Shown here piece by piece: positions 37,033-45,953 of a DNA stretch of 64,000 nt. The notes beneath the pieces were generated by a model. The model was not told the DNA's origin. It did no database searches and saw nothing but the letters and a program-made list of their open reading frames with translations. Source of the DNA: an uncultured bacterium (GTDB lineage: Bacteria > Babelota > Babeliae > Babelales > RVW-14); contig CAIKAH010000055.1 in assembly GCA_903825355.1 (NCBI GenBank), positions 1,353 to 65,352 on the forward strand, in the 5' to 3' direction. Both the position numbers and the translations under genes were made by a program. Numbering within the stretch: the stretch's first letter is position 1; every line of letters begins with the position of its first letter.

Positions 37033-37130
37033 TGCCCCGCTTTTTCTCGTCCTATCGGACTTTGCGCATTCAGAACTTGCATTCTGTATTTCACCTTGCG
37101 GTATTCTTCGACAAGCTCAGGGTGAGCGAG
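37033..37130. repeat. dispersed composite repeat, copy C
   Basis: TGCCCCGCTTTTTCTCGTCCTATCGGACTTTGCGCA + TTCAGAACTTGCATTCTGTATTTC... + TTCGACAAGCTCAGGGTGAGCG (core at 37107-37128). The 61-aa ORF 36984..37169 is its spurious translation. Confidence 0.8.
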
Positions 37131-37260
37131 GATAATTTTATTACTGAAAGCCAATTTAGATAGTTTCAAAAAAGATCTAATATCTAATTATCTAATCTCG
37201 AAAAAAAGGTTATTGACACCCAACTCAAAAGTATTCGCTATATAAAAATATAATACACAA

Positions 37261-37635
37261 TTACGATTTATCACGCAAAAGAGCAAAACGCGCCTCTAGC
37301 TGAGCCACCAATAAGGCATTATCTTCTCTAATGGCAGTATCAACATCTTCATCAGAAAAAGACTCGCCTAACGGCACAGCATCGAGAGCCTCCCACCATG
37401 GGCCAATTTCTCTATCAAGCCGCTCCCAAGCAATCTTAAACGTAGCACCATTTGAATAATTAATTTCAAATTCCTCATCACTCAATAATCGACGTTTTAC
37501 TAATAATTCGACACTCTGCAAACTAGCATCATCTTGTTGCTTACGAACTTTTTCTATTTGTTTTCGCGTTGCTGCTATTGCTGGGTTCATAATGAGGGCT
37601 AGGCTCACCACAAATATCAGAATAATATTCTTCAT
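37261..37635 (-). CDS. small secreted protein (ORFan)
   Basis: Signal peptide (ILIFVVSLALIMNPAIA). Shares the motifs INYSNGAT, DAVPLG and DVDTAIR with the upstream gene's product. Confidence 0.6.
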   Translation of the reverse strand: MKNIILIFVVSLALIMNPAIAATRKQIEKVRKQQDDASLQSVELLVKRRLLSDEEFEINYSNGATFKIAWERLDREIGPWWEALDAVPLGESFSDEDVDTAIREDNALLVAQLEARFALLRDKS

Positions 37636-37653
37636 AAGTATTCATTCCCCTTA

Positions 37654-38421
37654 TTACTCTAAATTTTCCTTATTCCATTTTTCGATCTCATCACGAAAAA
37701 GTGCTCTTGCTAAATAATCTTGAAAAGCTGTATGATCAGCAATCCCGTATGGAACAAGAGCCCATGCATCCGGCTGATCGTTCATACCCTCTTGTCCTAC
37801 AGATAGCTCGCCACCATGTGGTTGCTGCACTAATGATGTTCCATTTTTATACCTTATTGTAGAAATATGCTCCACTGCAGGCCTAACTGCTGTGTCTACA
37901 TCATCATCGTCGTCATAGGCATGGGTCACACGTAATGAACGACAATACGCATCTTCCTCAGGGCTAATAGTTGAAAATACAGATACACGATCCGGAGAAA
38001 AAACAGAGACTGCGCCCTCAATATGGCCAGAGCCATCAGCGACTCTTCTAGCACCCCTATCTGCTGAAGCAAAAGGAACAATTTCGACCTCTGCTACTAC
38101 TGATTTCTCACAGGAGCTACTTTGATCATAGCCTTCGCCAAGGCTAACCATAAAAACACGCGGGGTAGAATGCGAATAAATTCTACGTTTTTCCGGACTA
38201 CCCTCGAAAGGTAAATGACACCCTTCTTCTGGTTGCATTATACTAGGGCCATTCGGCTGTTGTGCTCCCATCCATTCAGATTCAGAAATCCCTGAAAAAG
38301 GCCTCTGGGCTTTTGCCGCAATGCTCTGAGTATTATAATGTTTGCGAGCAGCAGAAGCGATTGGCTTAATAAAAATAAGCGTAACAAAACTGAGCATTAA
38401 GAATAATTTTAAATTTTTCAT
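37654..38421 (-). CDS. secreted protein (ORFan), distant paralog of 37261..37635
   Basis: ATG at 38421 (MKNLKLF...) has GAGG 6 nt upstream. The ORF track starts 4 codons earlier (38433). Signal peptide, poly-Asp, and the motifs DVDTAVR, IRYKNGTS, ALVPYG. Confidence 0.6.
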   Translation of the reverse strand: MKNLKLFLMLSFVTLIFIKPIASAARKHYNTQSIAAKAQRPFSGISESEWMGAQQPNGPSIMQPEEGCHLPFEGSPEKRRIYSHSTPRVFMVSLGEGYDQSSSCEKSVVAEVEIVPFASADRGARRVADGSGHIEGAVSVFSPDRVSVFSTISPEEDAYCRSLRVTHAYDDDDDVDTAVRPAVEHISTIRYKNGTSLVQQPHGGELSVGQEGMNDQPDAWALVPYGIADHTAFQDYLARALFRDEIEKWNKENLE

Positions 38422-38441
38422 AAATAACCTCATTAATCTAT

Positions 38442-38461
38442 CTTGTACCGGCTTGTACCGG
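38442..38461. repeat. perfect tandem 10-bp direct repeat (CTTGTACCGG x2) in an upstream region
   Basis: 38442-38451 and 38452-38461 are identical. A third CTTGTAC lies at 38480-38486. Located 20-65 nt upstream of the 37654..38421 gene. Confidence 0.6.
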
Positions 38462-38593
38462 ATTTACGGCGTTGATTTTCTTGTACTTCAAAAGAATGAT
38501 TGAATAAAAATTCCCCCCCTAGGCTTCATTTCCTAATTGTATTATAATTACAAAAAAACGCAAATAGCCCGAAAATCACTGTTTTCTAAAATA

Positions 38594-39073
38594 TTAGATA
38601 TTGCGCAGAATACGCTCAAGATCAATAATAGCTTTTTCAAGAACACCTGAATGGTCACGCAGGCAGTATGCTCGCTTGCGAGGAATTTCACCTTTATAAA
38701 AATAACGCACCTGAATGACATACCGCTTAAACCGCTCTTTTTCACGATAAAAATCTGCCAATATTTCTTTTATTTCTTTGATATCAAGACGATGCACCCT
38801 ATCCGTTTCATCAGTAAATTTAGCGTAATAAGCAGACTTTATTTCACGCAATTTAGTGAGCAGGACAAGCATGCGTTCATAATCGTAATAATCACCACTG
38901 TTTGCTACCACATCAAAAATAGGTTGCGACCCTCTAGTCATTTGATCGGCAAAAAAACAATCAGCTTCTCGTTGCTGATGCAGATGAATAGCATACCGCC
39001 CTATCACCAGCAGGGCAGCTACAATCACAAGATTGCGTATGATTTTTTTAATATTTATTGCCATATTCATCAC
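38594..39073 (-). CDS. N-terminally membrane-anchored hypothetical protein
   Basis: One TM (LVIVAALLVIGRYAI), then a charged helical domain. The overlapping + strand ORF (38651..39091) has a junk-like composition. Confidence 0.55.
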   Translation of the reverse strand: MMNMAINIKKIIRNLVIVAALLVIGRYAIHLHQQREADCFFADQMTRGSQPIFDVVANSGDYYDYERMLVLLTKLREIKSAYYAKFTDETDRVHRLDIKEIKEILADFYREKERFKRYVIQVRYFYKGEIPRKRAYCLRDHSGVLEKAIIDLERILRNI

Positions 39074-39340
39074 TTTTTTCGCCCAATTTAAGCTCCAATC
39101 CTAATAGATTATTTCTAATTGTAATACTTATACGCCTAAAGTACAAGTTATTTCTTAAGTTTTTTTTACAAAATCCAGCTGGGCAGGTAATGTAGCACTC
39201 ATCGATTCAAAATACTACGGCGTGCAAGTTGTCTTTACTGTTTGACTCATAGACGCAATTCTCGTACCATACATTCGTCTTTGTCCGTCTAGGCTAAAGC
39301 TTCTACGAGACAACGACCTTGTCCACCATAACCAAAAGTG

Positions 39341-39387
39341 ACGGATGGACGGATAACCGTCCCCACAAGACGAATACCGTTTTTTTT
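39341..39387 (+). promoter_or_regulatory. terminator-like nested hairpin in the leader of the OPT transporter gene (candidate attenuator)
   Basis: Inner hairpin GGACGG-ATAA-CCGTCC (39347-39362). Outer ACGG (39341-39344) / CCGT (39377-39380) is followed by T7. Upstream GTCCGTC could pair alternatively. It ends about 20 nt before ATG 39406. Confidence 0.35.
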
Positions 39388-39405
39388 GCTTTTTTAAAGG
39401 GCCCC

Positions 39406-41043
39406 ATGGAGCTATTTATTATTTTTGCCGGCTTGCTGTTTAGCGTTTTCGCCACCCTTATCTTGAGCTATATTTCAATAGCCACAATGGTTGGCCCCTG
39501 GATAGCCCCTACTGTTGTGCTTATTTGCCATATTTTGCTTGCTGGTATGCATAATGGCAAAAAAAAGACTTCCTGGCTGGTAAGTATCCAAGCTATTGGA
39601 GCAGGGGGCGGGATCATTGCTACCGGTATTGGCTTTGCCTTTCCTATGCTTTATTTTCTCGACCCGGCAACCTTTAAAACACTTATGGCAAACCCATGGC
39701 ATTTTTGCCTGCTGCTTTCGCTTTTATGTCTTATAGCAGGAGGATTAGGATTATTACTTGGCAACTACCTAACGCCCTCCCTGGTGGATGATCAAGCCCT
39801 TCCTTTCCCGGTAAGCAACCTAACGACGCAAATAGCCACCACCAACTCGTCTGGGGAGCAGACAGCAATGCTGCTAGGAGGAATCATCGGCACCGGTACC
39901 CTTTGTGCATTACGAGACGGAATATGGGCCTTCAAAGGTATTCTTAAAAAGACCTATTATCTTATGCCCTCGTTCTTCGGCAAGGAAGCCGCTTTGAGTA
40001 TTTGGCCAATCCTTTGGGCTATTGGATTCAGCGTAGGCCTCCCCATCACGATTCCCCTTTTAATTGGAATGATTGCTAAGTACACTGTTGTCCTGCCTCT
40101 TTCACAACATGCATTGTATTTACCCTTGAGTTTATTCAAGCCTATAGAGCCTGAAACCTTTGCTATTGCTTTTTGTAGTGGACTGGTAGCCTGTGAGCTC
40201 ATTCTTCAACTGCCAGGATTCATAAAAAAATTATACAGGCGAAAACAGTCTGCTGACCACGTCAGAACTCATGCCAAGCTACAAGCTTTTTATCAACAAA
40301 TCACTAATGCCGCACGCTCATGGTCCCCAGTAATGCTAGGCATCACAGGAGTATTACTTATAAGCACGCTGCTATTTTTACATATCTATGAGTTCAGTAT
40401 TATGGCACAACTATTGTTGCTTATTTTTTCAGGCATTGCAGTACTAAGTATTTGTACAATTGGCGGTAAAATTGGGATGATTCCCTTTGGCCGTTATTCA
40501 ACATTCATTGTAGTCCCCCTCTTTCTCATGTTCAGCCTCTCCCCGCTACAAACTACCATTGTATGCGTTTTTTTTAATATTGCTGCAGCCGCTGCTTCCG
40601 ACCTTCTCTTTGATATTAAAAGTGCTGATCTAGTAGGGATTAGCCGCCGCAAGATGTACCACTATCAATGGATTGGCCTTATTGGCAGCGCTTTATGTAT
40701 TGGTATGGTACTATGGTTGCTATTCAGCAACCTGGAACTTGGATCAGAGGCTCTTTTCGCTCAACGCAGTAAAGCAAAAGCACTTTTGCTGCAGTCTTTA
40801 AACCTAGATACCACGATTGTTTTTCTGGGCATTTGTTTTGGATGGATACTCAAACGATTCAAAATTAACAGCACGATGGTCTTTGGTGGCCTCGTGATGC
40901 CAAACAGCGTTACGCTAGGGTTACTGATAGGTAGCCTAGGCACTCTCCTGGTCAAAAAGCAGGAACGATGGGCGCCATTGTGCGCTGGCATTCTGGCGGC
41001 AGACTCCCTCTGGGTAATGGCCAGTATTCTATTCTCCAAATAA
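39406..41043 (+). CDS. OPT-superfamily oligopeptide transporter-like polytopic membrane protein
   Basis: ATG 39406 (MELFIIFAGLL) has AAAGG 6 nt upstream. The ORF track starts at TTG 39319, across the hairpin/T-run. About 545 aa and 14 or more TM. The OPT call is from overall pattern by eye. Confidence 0.6.
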   Translation: MELFIIFAGLLFSVFATLILSYISIATMVGPWIAPTVVLICHILLAGMHNGKKKTSWLVSIQAIGAGGGIIATGIGFAFPMLYFLDPATFKTLMANPWHFCLLLSLLCLIAGGLGLLLGNYLTPSLVDDQALPFPVSNLTTQIATTNSSGEQTAMLLGGIIGTGTLCALRDGIWAFKGILKKTYYLMPSFFGKEAALSIWPILWAIGFSVGLPITIPLLIGMIAKYTVVLPLSQHALYLPLSLFKPIEPETFAIAFCSGLVACELILQLPGFIKKLYRRKQSADHVRTHAKLQAFYQQITNAARSWSPVMLGITGVLLISTLLFLHIYEFSIMAQLLLLIFSGIAVLSICTIGGKIGMIPFGRYSTFIVVPLFLMFSLSPLQTTIVCVFFNIAAAAASDLLFDIKSADLVGISRRKMYHYQWIGLIGSALCIGMVLWLLFSNLELGSEALFAQRSKAKALLLQSLNLDTTIVFLGICFGWILKRFKINSTMVFGGLVMPNSVTLGLLIGSLGTLLVKKQERWAPLCAGILAADSLWVMASILFSK

Positions 41044-41165
41044 TTAACCGGCCCTTGCAAGTTTCCCACCTAGAAAGCCCACCCCTTTGACAGTCTGAAT
41101 GTTTTAATTAATACTCAAAGAACTTAATAGAAATTTAATTTAAAACTGAGTGGTACCAAATAATA

Positions 41166-41185
41166 CTGTTTTTCCAATAAAACAG
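41166..41185. promoter_or_regulatory. candidate operator: 7-bp perfect inverted repeat CTGTTTT-N6-AAAACAG
   Basis: 41166-41172 / 41179-41185, 55 nt upstream of the XRE-S24 repressor ATG. The half-site-containing 10-mer ATAAAACAGG recurs at 41219-41228, overlapping the SD. Confidence 0.4.
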
Positions 41186-41239
41186 GTCTTATTGGGGGGT
41201 GCCCTTAGGGAAACAAGCATAAAACAGGGAGGCAGTACT

Positions 41240-41935
41240 ATGGTTACTACTCGTTTACGCGTAAAAGAATTACTGAGAGAACGGCGCTGGACCACTAAAG
41301 TTCTAGCTGAAAAAACTGGCCTTTCTGAAAGTTATTTAACGCATATAAAAAATGGCACACGCCGGTGGAATGAAGATGCATTAAAAAAACTTGCAGAAGC
41401 ATTTGAGCTTAGTCCTTATCAAATTCTTGAAGACTCAATTGGAGCTCCTATGGCAGCTGAAGCTGCAGAGCAACAGTTACCTGAAGATCTGCTTGAACAA
41501 ACCAAAGCGCTCAACTTACAATTAAAAATTATCCCTGTTGTCGGACAAATTCCTGCCCAACCGTCTGAAGCAAATAACCGCCACACCCAGATTTCTACTG
41601 GTTATCGCGATCAATTTGTTCCAGTACTTGGGCAATTTGAAGACAACTCAATGTTCGCTCTGTGTGCAGAAGATAACAGCATGGCCCCTAACTTTGTTAA
41701 GGGAGACTTTCTCGTTATTTGTCCTGGCATGTGGACCAACTCTGGCGATATTGTTGCTGTTGAGTATGGCGAAGATGACAAACAAATACGCGCTATCATG
41801 CAAGTTAACTACATGGAAGACTTCATCGTTCTTGAGTCCGTGAACCATAAAAAGGCTCCTTTAGCCCTGGTTCGTGGCAAAGACCAATTCAGAATCATTG
41901 GTAAAGTCATCTATCGCTACCAAAAAATGGCGTAA
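41240..41935 (+). CDS. XRE-family HTH + S24 peptidase repressor (phage CI / LexA-like)
   Basis: ATG 41240 has AGGGAGG upstream. N-terminal Cro/CI HTH (LRERRWTTKVLAEKTGLSESYLTHIKNG). The C-terminal S24 fold has a Ser in EDNSMAP and a Lys in RIIGKV. Confidence 0.8.
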   Translation: MVTTRLRVKELLRERRWTTKVLAEKTGLSESYLTHIKNGTRRWNEDALKKLAEAFELSPYQILEDSIGAPMAAEAAEQQLPEDLLEQTKALNLQLKIIPVVGQIPAQPSEANNRHTQISTGYRDQFVPVLGQFEDNSMFALCAEDNSMAPNFVKGDFLVICPGMWTNSGDIVAVEYGEDDKQIRAIMQVNYMEDFIVLESVNHKKAPLALVRGKDQFRIIGKVIYRYQKMA

Positions 41936-42087
41936 TTTGACCACTGATTGATAAAAATCACATTTCTGTTAGCATAGAGGCTGGTTTTTGATGGGTTCCG
42001 TTAATAATCAGCCTTTTTGTTTGGTTTGATTATTATCTCCCCCACTCGTTTATAATATTAAACTAATTCTCTGGGAGAACCATTCCT

Positions 42088-42528
42088 ATGCTACGTTACG
42101 AAACACTGCTTCTCGGTAAAACCGAGATGACAGAAGACGATATCGCTATGCTTGAGCGCTCATTTGATAAAATCATTTCAGCAGCTCAAGGTAAGCTTTC
42201 TTCATTTGATAAATGGGGCAAATATCGCCTCGCTTTCCAAGTAAATAAAAACACCCACGGTGTTTATATGCTTGTTCGCTACGAAATTCCAGTTAACAGC
42301 GCTTCTAGTCTAATCAAAGAAATTGATGAGTTTTTGAAAATCAAATGCGACGAGCTCATTTTGCGCCATGTTAACAAACGCCTTGCAAAAAATGCTCCAG
42401 CTACTTACATGAAGCCTGAGTCACTTGATGCAATCCGCACTGGCTCTGTTGATGCATTTATCAAAGATAATAAAATTGATAACTTGCTCAGCAGCGTAGA
42501 TGCCGCTGGCGACGAATCTGTTAACTAA
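42088..42528 (+). CDS. rpsF: 30S ribosomal protein S6
   Basis: MLRYETLLL ... DKWGKYRLAF ... GVYMLVRYE is the S6 pattern, with an acidic C-terminal tail. Confidence 0.9.
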   Translation: MLRYETLLLGKTEMTEDDIAMLERSFDKIISAAQGKLSSFDKWGKYRLAFQVNKNTHGVYMLVRYEIPVNSASSLIKEIDEFLKIKCDELILRHVNKRLAKNAPATYMKPESLDAIRTGSVDAFIKDNKIDNLLSSVDAAGDESVN

Positions 42529-42554
42529 CCAAATTTCACTTACAGGATATTTTT

Positions 42555-42839
42555 ATGTCACGCAATAAATTGAAAATAAGCTCACGCTTGCTTAAGAAAA
42601 AAGTACGCAAACAAGCGTTTTTAAACCCTAAACACTGTCGTTTTTGCAACAATGTAGAGCTTGAACAGTCTCTGGATTACAAAAACGTTAATTTACTGAG
42701 AAACTTTATTACTGAACGTAGCAAAATTCTACCTTCACGTGTTTCTGGTAATTGTAGCTTTCATCAACGCGCTATCGCGACTGAAATAAAGACAGCACGC
42801 GCCATTGCATTGATCCCATTCTGTACTTTACAAGGGTAG
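42555..42839 (+). CDS. rpsR: 30S ribosomal protein S18
   Basis: CRFC...LDYKNVNLLRNFITERSKILPSRVSGNCSFHQRAIATEIKTARAIALIPF. Confidence 0.93.
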   Translation: MSRNKLKISSRLLKKKVRKQAFLNPKHCRFCNNVELEQSLDYKNVNLLRNFITERSKILPSRVSGNCSFHQRAIATEIKTARAIALIPFCTLQG

Positions 42840-42848
42840 TGTGCTTCT

Positions 42849-44657
42849 ATGAGTTTCAAACAACGATTAGATATTCGCAATATCGCTATTATTGCACACG
42901 TTGACCATGGTAAAACAACCTTGGTCGACCAGCTGCTTAAACAATCTGGTACCATGGGAAATGACACGACTGATCGTGTAATGGACTCTGGAGACCTTGA
43001 ACGTGAACGTGGTATTACCATTCTTGCAAAAAATACCGCCATTCGCCTCCCTGAAGCTAAAATCAACATCGTAGACACCCCTGGCCACATGGACTTTGGT
43101 GGTGAGGTTGAACGTACGCTGCAAATGGTTGAAGGCTTTCTCCTCTTGGTAGACGCAGCAGAAGGACCGCTTCCTGGAACCCGGTTTGTATTGCAAAAAG
43201 CTTTACAGCTAGACCTTAAGCCAATCTTGGTTATTAATAAGATTGACCGTAAAGATGCTGATATTGCTCGCACCGAAGAGATGGTCCATGAGCTGTTCTT
43301 AGACTTAGCTACCAAAGAAGAACAACTAACCTTCCCTGTACTTTACGGCTCATCTCGTGGTGGCTTTATGTCACTAAGCCCAGATAAGCACGATGGCACT
43401 ATGCAGCCGTTATTTGATACCGTTCTCAAGCACATCCCTGTGCCAAAAGAAGAGTCATCTGACTTACGATTGCTGATTACCAACTTAGATCATTCAGATT
43501 TCCTTGGCCGTATCGCAATTGGTCGTATTTTCAATGGTGAAATCAACCTGACCAAAAACGTTATTCCATGCAAAGGCGACTTTGTAGGCAAACCATGTAG
43601 AATAACCAAACTTTATCAGTTTGATGGCGTACGCCGTGTAGAAGTTGAAAAAGCTGAATTTGGTGATATCATCGCTGTTGCTGGTGTGGATGAGGACATT
43701 GCTATTGGTACTACTCTTTGCGATGTTGATAAGCCACAACCATTGCCATACATCGAAGTTGATGAACCAACCTTGTCTATCTTCTTCTCAGTAAATAACT
43801 CACCGTTTGCTGGACGCGAAGGTAAATTACTTACCTCACGCCAAATTCGTGATCGCTTACAACGCGAAATCAAAATCAACCTCGCACTCCGCGTTGAAGA
43901 TACCGACACCCCTGAAACATTCAAAGTTTCTGGTCGCGGGCAACTTCATCTTGGTATCTTGGTTGAAACCATGCGTCGCGAAGGCTTTGAGCTACAACTC
44001 TCAGCTCCTGAAGTTATTTACAAGATGGTTGATGGCGCAAAGCACGAACCTTTTGAGCTTTTAACCATTGATGTCGACGAAGAGCATCAGGGCATAATTA
44101 TGGAAAACTTGGGCAAACGCCGCGCACTTATGCAAAACATGATTCATCATGGCAATGGCAAAGTACGTCTTGAGTTCAAGATTCCTGCTCGTGGGTTGCT
44201 TGGTTTCCGTGGCCAGTTCTTAACTGATACACGCGGTACCGGCCTTATGAGCCATCGGTTCGCTGGGTATGAGCCTTATGTTGGCGACATCCCTGGTCGT
44301 ACCAAAGGAGCATTGATTTCTATGGAGCTTGGCCCAACCACTGGTTATTCACTTGATGGTCTGCAACCTCGCGGCATCCTGTTTATCGGACCTGCAGTTG
44401 AAGTCTATGAGGGAATGATTATTGGTGAACATAGCCGTGATAACGATCTAGATGTTAACCCATGCAAGGGCAAAAAGCTTACAAACATGCGCGCATCTGG
44501 TTCAGATGATGCTATTAAGTTAGCTCCGCCACGCGCCATGAATTTGGAAACAGCGCTTGACTGGATTAACCGTGATGAGTTGATTGAGGTTACTCCTGAA
44601 TCAATTCGTTTACGTAAAAAAGGCTTGAAGCCTTCTGATCGTAAGAAATACGAATAA
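42849..44657 (+). CDS. typA: translational GTPase TypA/BipA
   Basis: RNIAIIAHVDHGKTTLVD, DTPGHMDFGGEVER, NKIDR. EF-G-like domain order with the BipA-specific C-terminal domain. Confidence 0.94.
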   Translation: MSFKQRLDIRNIAIIAHVDHGKTTLVDQLLKQSGTMGNDTTDRVMDSGDLERERGITILAKNTAIRLPEAKINIVDTPGHMDFGGEVERTLQMVEGFLLLVDAAEGPLPGTRFVLQKALQLDLKPILVINKIDRKDADIARTEEMVHELFLDLATKEEQLTFPVLYGSSRGGFMSLSPDKHDGTMQPLFDTVLKHIPVPKEESSDLRLLITNLDHSDFLGRIAIGRIFNGEINLTKNVIPCKGDFVGKPCRITKLYQFDGVRRVEVEKAEFGDIIAVAGVDEDIAIGTTLCDVDKPQPLPYIEVDEPTLSIFFSVNNSPFAGREGKLLTSRQIRDRLQREIKINLALRVEDTDTPETFKVSGRGQLHLGILVETMRREGFELQLSAPEVIYKMVDGAKHEPFELLTIDVDEEHQGIIMENLGKRRALMQNMIHHGNGKVRLEFKIPARGLLGFRGQFLTDTRGTGLMSHRFAGYEPYVGDIPGRTKGALISMELGPTTGYSLDGLQPRGILFIGPAVEVYEGMIIGEHSRDNDLDVNPCKGKKLTNMRASGSDDAIKLAPPRAMNLETALDWINRDELIEVTPESIRLRKKGLKPSDRKKYE

Positions 44658-44680
44658 ATCGAATTTTAGATTAGATACTA

Positions 44681-44716
44681 AAAAGGGCTCTGCATTTTTG
44701 CAGAGCCCTTTTTTTA
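44681..44716 (+). terminator. rho-independent terminator of typA
   Basis: AAAAGGGCTCTGCA-TTTT-TGCAGAGCCCTTTT, a perfect stem followed by a T-run. Confidence 0.9.
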
Positions 44717-44837
44717 CTTCGGATACAGCCAAACAAACACAGGCCCCTTAGAAACCCTTTTCTGGATATATCTATACTGCCATCAAATGCAGCTAATCAA
44801 CAGCCTGATCGACATTCTCTTATTTTTGAGATTTGTT

Positions 44838-44865
44838 TTGCAAAAAGTATCCGTACTGCTAGAAT
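44838..44865 (+). promoter_or_regulatory. candidate strong sigma-70 promoter with an extended -10
   Basis: TTGCAA (44838-44843), 16-nt spacer, TGcTAGAAT (44857-44865). The nearest downstream ORF starts about 190 nt later (45064). Confidence 0.4.
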
Positions 44866-45063
44866 GATTACGTTATTTTACTAGCAATCTCCCCTCAAAA
44901 CGTGTGAGATATTTATGAAGCTTTCTACCATTGTCCTCTAAGGGACCAGGTTAGCTGCGATTCAATCGCCTTCTTGTCTCTTTCTTAAATAAAACACTGC
45001 CCGTCATTTTTAACGCGGGATCATTTTTATTACCTCAATTTTTCATACCCAAAAGGATTACGC

Positions 45064-45894
45064 ATGGCACACGCCACACGTGCCGTACTTTTCGCGTGTC
45101 TCTGCATGGCAAACGCCTGCACGCATGCGTATAACAACGAATTAAAAAAAGAAAGCAATGCTCACATGAATCAAACACAAATAAACAGTTTTGAAACAAC
45201 CGACAAAAATGGCAACAGAATTACCCTTGAATGGCAACAAAGCAGCTTTACGGACCCTGTTTTTGCACAGGCAATGAAGCGAGCTTGGGAAGTTGCTCGC
45301 CCTGCCTATGTGCCGGTTGAAATGCAATTCTTAAAGGCATTTCCAGAAATCGTTGCCACAGAACCGTATTTCAAAGCATTTGAGGCGCTATTTACCAACG
45401 GTATCGAACAGGTCGATTGGGTGGCCGCAGAAGCAATCATGACTAACATACTCCAAGGACACTTTATCTTTGAGCCTGCAATGCTAAGTGACGCAATCGT
45501 CAAAGCTTACGGGCAAGACAGCTGCATTGTGATCACCGCTAAAGATAGCGCTGGCACACTGCTTGGCTTTGCAGCCTTTATGACCAGAGCCACTTACCCA
45601 CAAGGCACCGTCAAGGTAATGGCACTAGGAGTATTACCCGAGCACCAAAAGCGCGGGCTTGGTAAAATTTTGATGAGTACGATTTTCAACATCATGCCAG
45701 CAACCACCAAGCTCTTTTTGTGTACACGCGTCACAAATAACACGGCACTTGCTGCCTACAAAATATGGGGATTTGTACACGACGCAGCCCCAATTATGGA
45801 CCATCTCTTTAATCTCGACCATTGGACGTTTTTAACATACAATCCAGCTGAAAAAAGCGTGTTGCAAACAGTTGCAAATACATTGAAAGTATAA
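45064..45894 (+). CDS. GNAT family N-acetyltransferase with a signal-like N-terminus
   Basis: Hydrophobic N-terminus (AVLFACLCMANAC). GNAT motif A (LGVLPEHQKRGLGKILM) and a C-terminal NNTALAAYKIWGF. Confidence 0.7.
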   Translation: MAHATRAVLFACLCMANACTHAYNNELKKESNAHMNQTQINSFETTDKNGNRITLEWQQSSFTDPVFAQAMKRAWEVARPAYVPVEMQFLKAFPEIVATEPYFKAFEALFTNGIEQVDWVAAEAIMTNILQGHFIFEPAMLSDAIVKAYGQDSCIVITAKDSAGTLLGFAAFMTRATYPQGTVKVMALGVLPEHQKRGLGKILMSTIFNIMPATTKLFLCTRVTNNTALAAYKIWGFVHDAAPIMDHLFNLDHWTFLTYNPAEKSVLQTVANTLKV

Positions 45895-45903
45895 CCACTA
45901 AAA

Positions 45904-45930
45904 AGCCTCCCAGCCGTTCGGGGGGCTTTT
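45904..45930 (+). terminator. rho-independent terminator
   Basis: AGCCTCCC / GGGGGGCT stem (one G-U pair), 8-nt loop, T-run. Confidence 0.65.
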
Positions 45931-45953
45931 ATTTCCTACTAGATTTTTTTCAA

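Noticed and set aside
38651-39091. 146-aa ORF on the + strand overlapping 38594..39073
   Set aside because: Composition is Phe/Ile/His/Tyr-rich junk without domain-like structure. The minus-strand ORF has a TM anchor and a protein-like charged helical sequence.
42764-43315. 183-aa minus-strand ORF (and others such as 16460..16858, 5134..5541, 11697..12089, 20138..20485, 36192..36581)
   Set aside because: These are antisense to strongly supported conserved genes (typA, glyQS, the secreted coiled-coil protein gene 4238..5509, the DEAD-box helicase, alaS, lon). No independent evidence supports them.
44717-45063. RNase P RNA or tmRNA in the 347-nt ORF-free interval
   Set aside because: No GGAAAGTCC-type P4 sequence, no ACAGAA(C/A)CCGGCTTA-like 3' motif, and no tRNA-like T-arm or CCA end on either strand.
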